Of a stretch of DNA of 64,000 nt, positions 1 through 13,862 are shown one piece after another. Each line of letters starts with the position of its first letter. Position 1 is the first letter of the stretch. The notes beneath the pieces were generated by a model. That model had not been told where the DNA came from, ran no database searches, and saw only the letters and a list, made by a program, of their open reading frames with translations. The stretch is taken from assembly GCF_964204645.1 (NCBI RefSeq), contig NC_134027.1, forward strand, positions 4,000,485-4,064,484, written 5' to 3'. The DNA is from Tubulanus polymorphus (taxonomy: Eukaryota > Animalia > Nemertea). The position numbers and the translations under genes were made by a program.

Positions 1-325
1 GCTCTGTCCGCTCTTTTCTTTGCTCTGTTCTACACACTTTCCTGACCTTTGAATTTTCTAATTTGTGTTCCCAGTGTAGATGCGCAGTGTAAATTTGCCA
101 ATCAGTACGAGTTGTCGGCAAAATAGCATATGCACTGCCCAACTTCAAGCAATTAAATGAAATACTTTTGGATAAATGCTTGAATTTTGTCCCAATAGTA
201 GAGGGCTTAATTTTTTGGCTCACCAGTTGGCTCACCCTTTGGCCTAGGATTAGTCTTACACTGGCTGGCATAATTACATTTACTAGTAGTTGGCATAATA
301 TCCACTTTCAAATACATTTTTGTAG

Positions 326-3164
326 GATTTGAAAAAACTGGTTGATGACGTTCATAAAACCAATCAAAGTGTAGTCAAAGAACTAGATCAACTTACTCTA
401 GCAGGGAAACAAACTATTGCTCCGGAGTTACTTGAGAAATTACAAATTGCGCAAGGCTCTTATGAAGAGGTACGTGAAAGCCTCTTATCAAAATACAGTT
501 ACTTGATATCAATTATTAGTATTTCAGTTACTGTTTGTATTGTATTGTAGGCCTTATAATGAAAGATTATCCTGCATCTCATTAGAGCAGTATTATATTT
601 TTGTTGCCCTACCTTATAGTAAGGGAAATAGTGTGATATATCAAACAGTATATCACATGTATACATCAATTTATTTTACATTAAGCTTCAAAAATACCTG
701 GAAGATAATGAAGAGAAAAAAAGAAATGATGAAAAACAAAAACTTGGACACAAAAAGTATTTGCTGAGAATTTTAAACTTCAACTTCAAAATTTCACAAG
801 TCCACCTGCAATCTAAATTCATCTTTTGATTTCAGGGTTATACTGAGTCCTGAAGAGCAAGAATTAACGTATGAGTTAAAAGCACAAATGATGAGACAAA
901 TCGACGTTCAGAATGCTAAACTCAAGACGGAATTAAAACTTCATGGAAAGAAGGAGGAATTAAGAGTAGCCAATCAGGTTAATCGTAGATTACATGATGA
1001 GTGGACAATGTCACGCACGAATTCGATGAAACTTCTGAAAATGTTTGAAAGAAAAGCTAAAGAAGGCACGTGATCTTTCAATTATAACACATCTGATCTG
1101 CTGAAAATTTCCACTTAATCAGCTTTCCAATATTCAATTTGCTTATCATTGGCTTTTAACTATGATACTGATAATTTTAGCTTAAAATTCGACATTATTA
1201 CTGGTCCTCGAATAGTCCTGGCTCGTTGTCGGTCATTTGGTCCACTCGACTCGAATCAAACTCGAGGCCAATTCATAAAAACAATTCTACTAAAACATAA
1301 CTTTTGATAGATAATATTAATAACCGCTGTGCCTATAGCGGTAGCACCAGGATAAGCTGAATGTTACCAGTATACCTGGTTTTTTTCACGTCAACGTAAA
1401 ATCGAGGGACAGAAAATCTTTTTATTATTCTACTGGTTTGTATGGATTACCAAATGGACTGGTACCATTATAGGCAGAGTCTACTGTATTAAAGTGAGGT
1501 CTCTTCGTTGAAAATGTCATAAGAAATATATCGGTTAATTCTACTTATAGCTAATGACAAGGTGAACCAGCTACAAATTGAGCTTTTGAAGTCAAAACAG
1601 TTGGCCAAGAAATATCATGACATGTATGAAACAGAATGTCGTAACAATGGTCATCCACCGCGTGTACAAAGTGCTCGATCAACTTCTTCTGAAGGTGCAG
1701 AATCAAATAAAAGTAATACTCAACTTCTTCGAAAAGCTATTACTGTTCCAGGACATCGTTTACCTGATTATCAACGTAGATTCGAGGTGCGTTATTCAAT
1801 TCATCAATTAAGATACAGATGATACAATTAAAGTGAACATCTACATACACGAAAATAAATACCTTAACGACAATGAGATTTCAGTTGCTACCTTTCATAC
1901 AACCCTAGTGAAAAATGTTTGGTTAGCGGTGAAAATCCCCAACCTTTTTACTAGGAGTGCAAGTAGTATCTACAATGGAACTGTTAATACGATTCTGTTA
2001 AAGATGAAACCCGTTTATTACGATGATTTGCAGGTTGTCCCCTCTGAATATTTATATAAATCCAGATATTGATAATACAAAACCCATTCAATTCAACAAT
2101 TTCACTTTTGCCCACACTATTCGTATTAACGTGGTTCCACTGTACTTGAATCTTGAGGTCAATTTTTTCATATGTTATACCGTCCACTAAAATAAGAATC
2201 AATTGATATGTTTGCTTATCATGAGCAAACAAATTGTTGTACGATTCGAATTAAAACATTCTACAAATCAACAGTTGATTAATGCTAGGTTGAATTAATT
2301 CTAACTTAGTATCGCACAGGTCAATGCAGACAATTGCAAGTTAAAAATATTGGGCATGTATTACTTGAACCAAGTTTATACATTCTGAATTTGGCACTTT
2401 CAGGTACTGTTGGTTGAAAATGAAGAACTAAAACGAGATATCAACCGGTTACGGGCAGATAATGCTGAACTTGTCAAAACTGCAAAACACGCTCAAGCTA
2501 GCGCTGATGCAATGACGGTAAATGTCTTATCTCATAAGCCTGTCATTTTGCTATTCAAAAAATATCATACCTGTTGTAATCATGCTATCGATACTTACAT
2601 TTATATAAATGAATATTCTCCCTTTTCACAATCAAAGCATCATCTCGGTACCAGTGAAATGGCAAGAAAAGACTTGATCAAGAAATTCCACAGGCAACAA
2701 AAGCAGGTACCTAGTACATAAACCCTATAGAATCAATGCATTATTGAATATGGAAAATGAATCAATGTTTCGAGTTCAGTGTACATTCCTTATCTTATCA
2801 TATTTTCATTGTCTCTAGCATAATCAGTTAGAGAAAAGTCTGACACGTCAGGCATGTGATTGGGTCCAACAAAAGAAAAAGATGCAAGCCTTGGAACAAG
2901 AATATAGATGGAGTCAGGTAATTAAATGTGAATATTTACGTCATACATGTACGTATATGTACGTGTATCAGTGATCTCCCATAAAAAATCGAACTTTATC
3001 ATTATGAACCTTATTCTCTATTATGAGTTCGATTATCTCTTAAGGTGAATCCTATGGCGATATTAGGAAGCGAACAAAGGACTTACGCACATCCAGTTCA
3101 ACGGAATGTCGATCAGCCTCGCATGATGTTTCCAGTCACCAGCTATGCGTCCGCTAACACCTAA
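326..3164 (+). CDS. Uncharacterised coiled-coil protein, 3' part (5' exons lie upstream of the window)
   Basis: Phase-compatible exons 326-469, 836-1065, 1551-1786, 2404-2517, 2638-2706, 2819-2917 and 3045-3164 (TAA). Heptad-like E/K/Q/L-rich translation, e.g. LLVENEELKRDINRLRADNAEL. One intron is GC-AG. Confidence 0.75.
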
Positions 3165-4078
3165 TTACAATCATCTGTCATAGTCATTCTTCTGAATGTA
3201 AATCTTACTTTCAACATTTGTGTAAGGTATAATCATTCTTAGTGCACAAGATTGGGTCACGGTTCAAAGTACAATGTTGTTTTCTCATGGGTGGATGCTT
3301 CAATGACCCCATTAATTTATGTACTGAGAAATTGATTTTATATTATACCGTTTCTTGGAAGTGGATTCTCATTTTAATTCTAATCTCTGCATATAAGCAA
3401 AGAATATGAGGTAGTGAGCTTTATTGTAAATGTCTTAATATTTGAATAGACCATGAATGTTAATAGGTCATTTAAGCAGCCTGAATTCACTGACAGTATA
3501 TATTTATATCATTTACTGGTTTAGAAGTATTATCTATAAATACTGGGTCATGATAAATAAACCATCAGCCCAATATTAATTCACACAAACATCATACCCC
3601 GTGTAGTAAGAATGTGCCAAATGTAGTCTTTCCAGTATTTCTCATAATAACAGATATTATGACGTCATTTAGACGCAAGAAATCATGTCAAAATTATGAA
3701 ATGAAACTAACCTAATTTATATATTGTATATTAGAAATAGTAGTTATTTTTGTAGGATTGGTAACATGGCTTCCGCACTTTGTTATATTCAATGTATACA
3801 TGTACATATAGTATATTCTTAGTCAATGTATGTGTGTGCAGGTTTTTGTTGTAGTCTTACCAATATTTCTAGAGTGGTTTATGTACATACTGTAGTTTTA
3901 TGAATTAAGGTTATCAGATTATGCAAAATGAAATAAGGTAATATAGTCTTCTACATTCTATCGGTTGTGATAAATATCGAAAGGCAAATATGCAAGATTT
4001 CTCTATCAAATAGTTGGAGCAAGTTAAGGAATTAAATGGTTCAGCTACATGTAAATCGCCGCGTTCATTCTAAACCAG

Positions 4079-4207
4079 GGCCGAGTTTCACGAAAAAGTT
4101 TAAGCCTAAAATGGTTTAGTTCGAATTGTTGTCCTCATTGAAAACATGAAGTAACCAATGGCAATTACACCAAAAATTTGAGTTAAACTTTTTCGTGAAA
4201 CTGGGCC
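4079..4207. mobile_element. PIF/Harbinger-like MITE (129 bp)
   Basis: TIRs GGCCGAGTTTCACGAAAAAGTTTAA ... TTAAACTTTTTCGTGAAACTGGGCC with CAG on both flanks (CWG-type 3-bp TSD). Confidence 0.75.
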
Positions 4208-6657
4208 CAGAGCACTTACCTTGGCGTGATTATCTTGACAAGAATTAGTCCAAGCAAATACAAAGATAATTTTGTGAGTTGTGATTTTTGTTTTTTTTTT
4301 TCAAAATACATGTATGTTGAATTCTTCATACTGAAAAGGTTTTGATAGATACCATTAAGAATAAATTAGTCCGTCCAGCATGTCCTCAATTTTAGTCTTT
4401 TTATTTTCCATCACTTTTTCCAGTGAAACATCTTAAAAGGACAAATTTGGTCACAGCGGTAGAGGAATAGAAACAGATACTGTATGAGCTAACTCTAAAT
4501 CAACATTATTGGTTATGTATCCACTTACTTTGAACGTGGATGCACTAATCTAAACCAAAAGAATGAACAACTTGACTTTTTGACAAGATTTTTTATTCTT
4601 ACAAAAATTTCGGCACGCAATTGGCCGAATATATTGGCATGAATACACAATGTAAATAACACATACAAACAAGCATAAATCACTCACACCATATTTACAA
4701 TTACATGTGATTAAATCACTATCAAATTAGTTATCAAATAAATAGAAGCAGGTGACTAATGATTATAAAATACAATGCAGCAGGATTTTTTCAAATAACC
4801 ATTTTTGATGCGCACAGGTGGGAGATCTAATCTATCAAATTTGGATAATTTTTAAAGCCTCCAATGTTTCTATGATAATGCTAAGACAAACGTACCAACA
4901 GACCTATTTCAGAGAAATGGTTCTCATAGACTCGGGAAATATTCGTTGTTGTTTAAAATCATTCACTATCGAGTATCCAAAATAACTTTTTTTTTCACAA
5001 AACTTTTAGCATAGAATTTGTAAGAATAGAAAATTAATTGGTGTTCGACAAAGTTCAATTTCGATGTTAAACAAACCCTACTGCCAGGTAATCACCAAAC
5101 GAACTAACAAACAATAATTTAATTTGGTTACTGTATAAATGCAAATATTAGATTGAATCTTGGAATAATAAAAATTACCATTAGGCATACATATATATTA
5201 CTCCAAGTTTAAATATACATGTAAAATTATTAAACAAAACAAAAGCCATTTTATATGAATCAATCTATGTGACATACCGGTACATACTACAATACATTAA
5301 TTTCATTTCAACTTCTCATGATTTTGTCAATTAAACCTTTTTCGTACTACTGCATACTCAAATTATGAATGATTTTATGTAGATCTCTCCCATAAATATT
5401 TAGTGGTCGAAATCATGGCAAGCTGAGAGAATTCCATATGGCAAACGTGCATTCAAAATTCAAAACGCTTGAGCGAGGGTGGCCAAAGGAAGACCAGCAA
5501 TTTGGGTTGATGATAACTACAGACTAAAGACATGTATAAAAGGTGCATTGCGGGATTTTTATCAAAAAGCTCTTGAGCTGATACAATATTTTCAATCGGA
5601 ATTATGTGAACTTGGCACTATCACATCTTCAGCTTCAACCAAATAGATGCATTATACATATAGAATTACATGTATCACAATCAGAAGCTAACTCCATACA
5701 AATATCAACAATAAAAAAAATAACTTGATATCAGTTAACGGACACTTACTAATAAGCTCATTTAAAGCCAAGTAAAAAATAACTGAAAATCGCGAAAGTA
5801 TGTGTAAGAGTAATTGTGATTGATGTCAGCATCCAAACTCATCTACTACGTATTTATAATTGAAAACTTTGATACATGAAGAATATCAATGCAGAAATGT
5901 ATAAATCATGGCCAATAACTAACATTGCAAATGACACAATTTTGCAATACCGGTGTTGGTGACCAGGTTCATAGACTAATTTTGAATGGTTGGCTAGAGT
6001 TACTACCACGTATATGAGTCAGCCCTAGGTGTACATCAACAGAAAGAATGCAGCCCTAGATTTCATAACGAAGTGAGAACATGTCAAAAACAGCAGCTTT
6101 TGAGAAGAATACCGATGTTCTTAACACGTATTATTCAGTTGTTTCTATGGAAGTTTTAACTATTGATAACCATCACTACAGTCATACCTCACCACATTCA
6201 TCATCAGTTCATAAATATAGGTACACGCCGATTCGGATTACATAGAACTAGCCTCATCAAAACTATTCATCTCAATAATAGAAACCATGTTTATTTGACG
6301 AAATCTCTCAATAAATGTTCAATAGCTTTCGAAACGTTTTCCACAACTGGAAGAATACATAAACCAGCCTGAAGCGGATCAATTGTTAACAAGCACAACG
6401 GTAAATATGTGTACTGGTATCATTAAAATTCCTCAAATAGAATGATTGGGAGATCAGGTGATGAAAAGTTCTGGCATATCAGTAAATATTTCATAGGATG
6501 TTTGTGCTCGAAAAGTGAGTCTAGAAATTCATTGCACTGTAGATTAAATAGAGCCAGCTCGCTGAGACTGTTCCATTATTAATAGCACCCTGCTGATGGT
6601 GGATGTCTTCAGCACGTCGTCGTTATAAACACAATATACACATTTCGTAAACATTCA

Positions 6658-9600
6658 TTAATGATTCAGAAAATCACGAACTAATGTCAGTCGCCTTTTC
6701 TCAGCGATATCCATCTGATTTTCTAAATCCTGAAAGAGATTCAAGACACAAACTTTATTCAAACATATTATATTAAGTATTTAAGTATTAGCAATGCATT
6801 CAACTCTCTATAGCCCGGTCTAAATTACCCTAGAAATTACAGATCATTTTTCTAAAGAGTTCGTACAGATCAGGGAATCCAAAATTCCCTGACATTTCCC
6901 TCATTATCATCAGTGGGTGCCATTTTCTGGGCCACTCATCACCAATGAGAACAAGAGACCAAAAATTCTAATTCCCTGATTTTCAAGAAAAGAGTCGGAA
7001 TCCCCCTATTCTCCCTGCAACAAAAAAATATATCCGGAATAACTAGATTTTCCCTGATCTGTAAGAAACCTGTTTTTAGACCTAGTTCTTCTAAAAAGAT
7101 GAATTTTATCATGGAGCAATAAAAGACACACTTACGCCACGGTCTGTTATCTCAGCTCTCTCTACTTTCCAAGATAGATTTTCAACCTCAGCCTCTAACT
7201 GCGCTTGTTGATATTCGAACTAAAAAACATATTGCACAATTATCAAGACCTTATAGGTTTTAAAGTACAATTACGCAAAATGAATCATCAACTATTAGGC
7301 CTATAGGGTGGTGACTTTCACTAGACAATTCCCTGACATGCACGTCGTTTTCCCTGACTTGAGCTACTAAGAATCTAATCAATTAACACAGTCAAATACA
7401 TCAAATATAGACGTTTGATATTACAACGAATCTCCCTGAAATTAAGCTTTTTTGCCAAATTTCTTGTCTTTTTTAAAGAAAAGAGAGTTTTCCCTGATTC
7501 GCAGGTAAGTCGCCGCCTGCTCGGCGAGCTGTTCAAAAGTTGGTTTAAGATAACCGGCGGATAAATACCATACCAACAATGAACTTTCAAATGTCACTAT
7601 GTCAACTATCCACTGGTTAACTCTAACCAACTTTTGAGCAACTGCAGCCCCTGTAAAACATATAATACTTACGAGTTGTTTTCTTGGACCTTTCTCCAAG
7701 TAGTATGCATATGGATAAGTGTATTGCAGCGTATAGCGGCACTGTAAAATCAACAACATACAGTCACATCTTCATTCACTACACGTGCGTAAGGAGTTTA
7801 TTCTCATGTTATTTTAGCTGATTTCCATTTAATTCAAACTGACGTACCTTACATAGTAGCTCTGCAGCATTCAGCAGATACTGCCAATCAATCCACGTTC
7901 CTTCATTATTCATGACCTTCTCTTCTATACGATCTGTGATTCGTTTCAAAGTTTGCTCTTCTAAGCGCAAACTTTTCGCGTGATTTTCCCACTAGAACCA
8001 AGTACAAAGTATTACTAACCCATTTACATCTCATGAGCCTTATAAGCTACTGTCACTTGAGTTATGCATGAAATAACTTACACGCTCGAAATAGAAGAGA
8101 TATTTTTTCAATGCTTCTCGTGCTTTTGCGTTGGCAGATTCGTTGACAATGTTCGGATTTTCTTTATATCGACTGCACTCGTAATACTCACTGCCATGAT
8201 TCTTCCAATCTCCCAAACACATCCAACAAAAATCATGCTTACATTTACAGCATTGCTACAACAATAGGTAGATATATTCAAATAAGTATATACCTGAAGA
8301 AGATAACATTATGTTTCATTTACTTCATACACGGCACTTACTTACCATATGATTACATCCACCATTCTTTTCTATACACACATGGCATTTCGGACACTAC
8401 AAAATTATAGTGATAACAATGTATTAATAATTGGTATCCAATGTGTCCTGAAAAAACAGTTGCATGAAAATGAACCTACATCCTTCGTGTGGGCACTGAT
8501 ATAGTTGGCGGTTTCTGAATCATCAGCACATTTTGTGAGCCACTTCTTAATAACGTCGCAAGCTGTTGGAGCATGATAATCAATACCGCATTTAAAACTA
8601 TAAAACAGAAGAACATGTGATGGCCTACAATTTTGCAATTGATTGTGGTAACAAAACACGCATAATGTCCCAATATAAATGGTATAAATAGCATGTAATT
8701 TCACTATTCAAGGCCAACCGGTGAATATATGCAGAAATCTACTTGAAAATCACTAAAATCATTAGAAGATATCAACTTCCTTATTGATTGTGTTATTACA
8801 AAAAATATAGATAGGCACCGATATGACAAATTGAAATCAATGAATCTAATACACAGTGTATATGGGAGAGAGATATGGGAGAGAGATGTTGAAGTGTAAC
8901 ACTTCAACATCTCTCTCCCATATCTGTAATTCCAAATACGATGTATAACTCACCAAAATGAAGTTTTACAGTTGCTACAATCGATGCGTTTTGCTTGGTC
9001 ACGCTTTGCACGGACGACGACGCAACAATTCGGACCTGGACAAAACCGCAACTCGGGATGTGTCTATCAACATAAGAAATAATCAGACCTTACAATCATA
9101 TACAGACAACTGACTATTTAAAGATGGAGAGAGCACTGTACTGTATTAAAGAAGAATGAAATGAAAATACGAATGCATACCTCAACATGATCTCGAAAAG
9201 CAAAATGTTGATATTTTTCTCTGTGAGCTGGTTTATTAAGTAATGTCAAGACAAAGTCCTCTGGTACCAATATATTACAATCTTCTCCCATGCACTCAAT
9301 ACCTGAATAAAATAACAAATATTTTACTGTTTCTTCAAGTCCTCGATTGAATAACCTAGAAAATGAAACAAGAATTGATGCACCTACCTGTAGAGATACC
9401 TTGACTGACTTGTATTTGGAAATGCATCTCCCAGCATTCTTTACAGAATATATGAGAACAAGTTAATCCGACTAGATTGTCTAGATTAGTTTTATTAAAA
9501 CAAACCGGACAGTACCCGCGTCCTGCTGAGACAGTCTGAAACTAAAATACCAGCACCAAAAATCACTCTAGACTAAATGTTGGCCAACAAAATAAACGAA

Positions 9601-10528
9601 GCAAAATGAACCAGCAAATTAACTCACTTTTGGCTTTACTTTCGGAAAAATTCTGGAATCGATCAATAATTTTTCCGGGTCTCTTCTGTGTCTGAAAAAT
9701 ATTGTACATATTCATGTATAAGTGAGCTTCAGAACCTGATTTTAATAGAGCGGTATGAAAAATCGTGATACCTTTGTTCAATATCTTCTTTAGCCCAATA
9801 ATGAGCGTGAAGTAACAACTTCGCAAGAGAAGGAGTTACCTAGAAATAGATTAAAAACATTCAAATTCATTAGAAACATTCCTTTAAGAAGTGGTAATGG
9901 TTGTTTTCAATTTCAATGGGTACTATGCCGCATTATTTAAGATGCTGTATACACTAAGATACACTAATATTATTATAATTAGGGTTGGGGTTTGTTTTAG
10001 GTTTTGTTCTGTACATAGTTAAAACATTCAGCCGAATGCAACAAGCCTCAGCGGTCTAACAGGAAGACGCTGTGCTAGCAATACGCTGGCTTGAGCTTGA
10101 AAATACTGACTTTTCTGCTCTTTTTTGTCTCACTCTAAATCGTCCACCTCAGTAAGCATAATAATGTTAAATTGGATAATGCAAAGTTCGCAAAATATCC
10201 CACTGTCCATATTCATTGCTTTTAGGCCTGTATCTAACTTAGCAAAAAAAATCTGTACGTAGACATTCTGAAGCTTTACTGATTGAAAGACTTCATCACT
10301 TACTTTGATAGATTCACAGAGAGCTTCTACATTCTCATTCAGAAGACGTTCAACATCTTCAATCTTGAGCAGTTCAAATTCGAAATATTCGGGATCATCT
10401 CGACCTGGGGAGCGATCGCCTTCGAAATCATCCAGCGATTCGTTATAATAATCATCAAAATTATGATCCTCTTCATCTGATGCTTCCATCAGCTCATCGT
10501 CTGATTGGCTGTTCATTTCCATAGCCAT
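6658..10528 (-). CDS. ARIH2: E3 ubiquitin-protein ligase ariadne-2 (RBR: RING1-IBR-RING2 plus Ariadne domain), multi-exon
   Basis: Acidic N-terminus ([11 protein letters not shown]), RING1 [42 protein letters not shown]2 region [40 protein letters not shown]-terminus [20 protein letters not shown]. An acceptor at 10533 implies an upstream 5'UTR exon. Confidence 0.95.
6856..7072. mobile_element. MITE with TCCCTGA/TCAGGGA subterminal repeats in an ARIH2 intron
   Basis: Imperfect TIRs GAGTTCGTACAGATCAGGGA / TCCCTGATCTGTAAGAAACCTG. A related decayed copy lies at ~61049-61223. Confidence 0.55.
7304..7500 (+). mobile_element. Interspersed repeat (non-autonomous DNA element), same family as 42606-42843
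   Basis: GACATGCACGTCGTTTTCCCTGACTTGAGCTACTAAGAATCTAATCAATTAACACAGTCAAAT closely matches the reverse complement of ~42735-42800. Confidence 0.65.
8871..8925. repeat. Perfect palindrome: 27-bp arms, 1-nt centre
   Basis: AGATATGGGAGAGAGATGTTGAAGTGT-A-ACACTTCAACATCTCTCTCCCATATCT. Confidence 0.95.
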
Positions 10529-12893
10529 AACCTTGAAAAGAATAGTTACTAATTAAGATTTTTTTTTAAACGACTTATGAAATCATGACAATCTTGAAAT
10601 CAAGTAACGGGTAATAATACCTCAATATTCATGTTTTATGCCTATATTTTGTGGTGTATGATTTAATTTCTTCAAAAAAAGTTGTGATACCAATGACGAA
10701 GAATGAGTCCAATGACGCATTCAAAAAACCTTTCCAAGATTTAGATTTAGGTTGATAGGCCTTTATAGTTTAGCTGGAATATTGACCTATAAATAGGACC
10801 TGTAAAACAGGTCAAATGTGATAAGATATTCCAAGTAGGCCACAAATAAGTGCGGTCTTATGAAAAAGGATAACAAGAAAACGGTAAAAAATAGTCAACC
10901 CTCCATACAAATACTGTGGGGAAATCTACACACGTGAGGACATGACCCCTCAGTCAGCGGACAGACCATTTAGATTCACAAACTATATTTAAGCCTATCC
11001 AAACATATCAAATCATACCACTTCTTAACTGCGTTTCTAAAATTAGCCTCTCGTGAACAGGTCACAAGTCTGATAAAGTTGACAAAATAAAATCTATGAT
11101 TGACGAAAAAACTGTCATAGGCCTAATAGGATTTCAACTTGAATCTTTTTTGGAAATGGCTCATACATTTGAGTTGAAAAAATCCTATTACAGTTTTCTC
11201 TTCAATTGTGGGTTTTATTTGTTAGCCTTTAGGTGTCCAAGCATTAAATGAGCCCACCTGGCTAAATGGGGGTATCATTTAACACCAGACAGCCAGTTTT
11301 AAAGCAAGTATCTGGACTAACCCCTTCATATTTTCTTGATATACCTTACTTGTATCGTTAGACCAATAAATCTGACGTCCTACAGGACTACTAAGTAGAT
11401 ATTTGAGCCCTAAAGATTAAGGAAGGAAAGTGTTATGTGAAATAACAAATAACTAATCAACTAACTGTCCGCCATCAAGATCAAGTAGGCGAGTTTGTAC
11501 CGTCTGGGAATTCTGCATTCTCTCTCTGAACCCAAGTTATCAGTATCATCACCCAGCGAGTTAGTTAGTTACCTAATTGTTGGTGGTAAGCTTTTTATAA
11601 TCGGATGGGCTTATACCAATGTGTGTGGTTTGTGAAAATATCCGATCGGATCGTGGAACTAAACCACAGTCAGGTTACTGACTACCAGCGAGTCATCAGA
11701 TGACATTATTATTGTCCAAAAATACAAGTTACAAGAGAGAGAGAAGGTTCATGATGCATCAAAGAATCTTTTAGAGCAGATCAGAGATCAGAGGCCAGCA
11801 CAGCCGGTGAGACGGAGTCGAAGAAGCAGGGAAGAATGAAGAAAAGAAAGATCAAGATGGGGAGCCAAAATTCCATGGAACTTCCTCACACAACTCACCG
11901 TGTTTGCACTATTTCAGTCAGTGAATTAATTGTTCGATTCAGCCAGCTATCTTCTAAAGATTACGTATTTATACTATTCATCCATAAATCCTTCTTAAAT
12001 CACAATGACGCATAAAAATACAATATTTTCAGTGATGTTTCCTTTCTTTGCATTACAGGAAGAGAATGATCATTTATCAATGGATGCCACACTGAATCGA
12101 CCAGATAGTTTTTTATGCGTATATAAAGAGTAGATAAAAATTCTTCTCATTAATCAAGTAGAAATATTCTAAATCTAATCAAATATTTGATAACAGACAC
12201 ATCATCGATGCGCAAATCATTCATTTGAATATAATATATTACGTCGTTTCTGAAATATCATTCCAGCATTTTATCAATGACGTCACATATCAACTTGCCA
12301 GTGTACGTTGCAAACATTCGCTTGCCACAGTATAACATAAAAAAGCAATATAATACAATCTCACTTTATTTCACAAAAGGCCGACTCTCCGGCCGAAAGC
12401 AGCGTTTAATAGGTGGGGTTGATTATTACAGCTAGTGAGGGATAAGATAACGGACACCTGAACCAGGAACGTGCTTAGTGCGGGGGAGGGAAGCCATGGA
12501 TCATGGCCTTTCAATTGGCAGCCACCCGGTCATCGTGGCTGAAAGCGATCGTCTCCTAGACCGAAATATTTTCCTTCAAATTTTCTGGCTTTAGTTAATT
12601 TCTAATAATACGTAGTCAGCAGCTCAGTTTTACAGTTTTGGATCCAGTTCTACAGTTTTGACTGTTCCACAGTTGTATTTAAACTTCTTAATAACTGAAA
12701 CTGGTTGAACAAATACAGTCAAATTATCAGTAAAATCAAATAGACTTTTTATTTACTGCAAATTTACAAGAGCCGTAACGGGACTATGGGAACACTTTTC
12801 AACCATAACTAAACTGGAACCAAATAGAACAAAAAATCGCTCCTGTCAATTAGAAAATCCTTGTCCAATACAACGCTCAGTTTAAAAGGTCCA

Positions 12894-13114
12894 GTTGTAT
12901 CAGTCGTCTTGATAACGATGTTAAATTGGCCACATAACTAAGTTGGTCTTTGGTGTTTTGACTGTGCAACTGGCCCATGGGCATCGGCGCTTTCCTATGT
13001 GGAGGCACTCCTAAGAAATAGATCGCGAACCATTGCAGTTGCACAGTCAAAACACCAAAGACCAACTTAGTTATGTGGCCAATTTAACATCGTTATCAAG
13101 ACGACTGATACAAC
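12894..13114. repeat. Perfect inverted repeat: 79-bp arms, 63-bp spacer
   Basis: 12894-12972 is the exact reverse complement of 13036-13114. The ORF track shows the same peptide (QLHSQNTKDQLSYVANLTSLSRRLIQ) on both strands. Confidence 0.95.
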
Positions 13115-13862
13115 ATCATGGATATACTATATATCATGGTTTTTTTGTTGGGAAAGTCTCAAACATTATGATGGTCCGTTACATGTTTTCTTGCAGCAAA
13201 TCATTAGACACGCAATACCAGAGGAAGGTTCAGTCATTGAACTGACTATAAATCAAAGTCTCGACATTGAAAATTATTCATATTTTGTATTTTCTTGTAG
13301 CAAACATTGAGAGATCATACACAGAAATGAGTGTCACCAGAGATAAGATAACACCAGGCATCAGTTAGATGAATGTCACCACTGAGATCAGTAGTACTGA
13401 GTTAACTGCCTTAGTCAGCAACAAAGTAGAGTCACAAAGTGAACAGTTGCAAAGGAATGTCGAGTCATTAGTCTGAACTGACTTAAAATCAGGTATAGTA
13501 TTGAAATTACATGAATTACAATTTTCAAATTTCACATTATTCAAAAATTATTCATATTTTGAGTTTTCTTGTTGTAAGTAGGAAATATGGAGATGTTATG
13601 TTACTACAAGATGGAAAAATACCTTCAGGGATTCACAAGAATATTCTTCCAAAGTTGAAAGCATGAAAGAATGGATGAGTCATGAATCTGAACAGACTAT
13701 AAATCAGGTATATTGTAATAGAAAAAACCACTTGTAATGTTTTATTGATTTTTGAAAATATCCTTTAATGTTTGTATGTTCTGTCTTGTAGGTGAAAATG
13801 TGTGAAACATCTAATTTAAGTCGATGTTTACTTTGATAATCAGGTGGCACATGTTGATCGTT

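Noticed and set aside
12379-12403. Hammerhead stem II plus GAAA (GGCCG..CGGCC-GAAA)
   Set aside because: Preceded by CACAAAA, not the required CUGANGA core.
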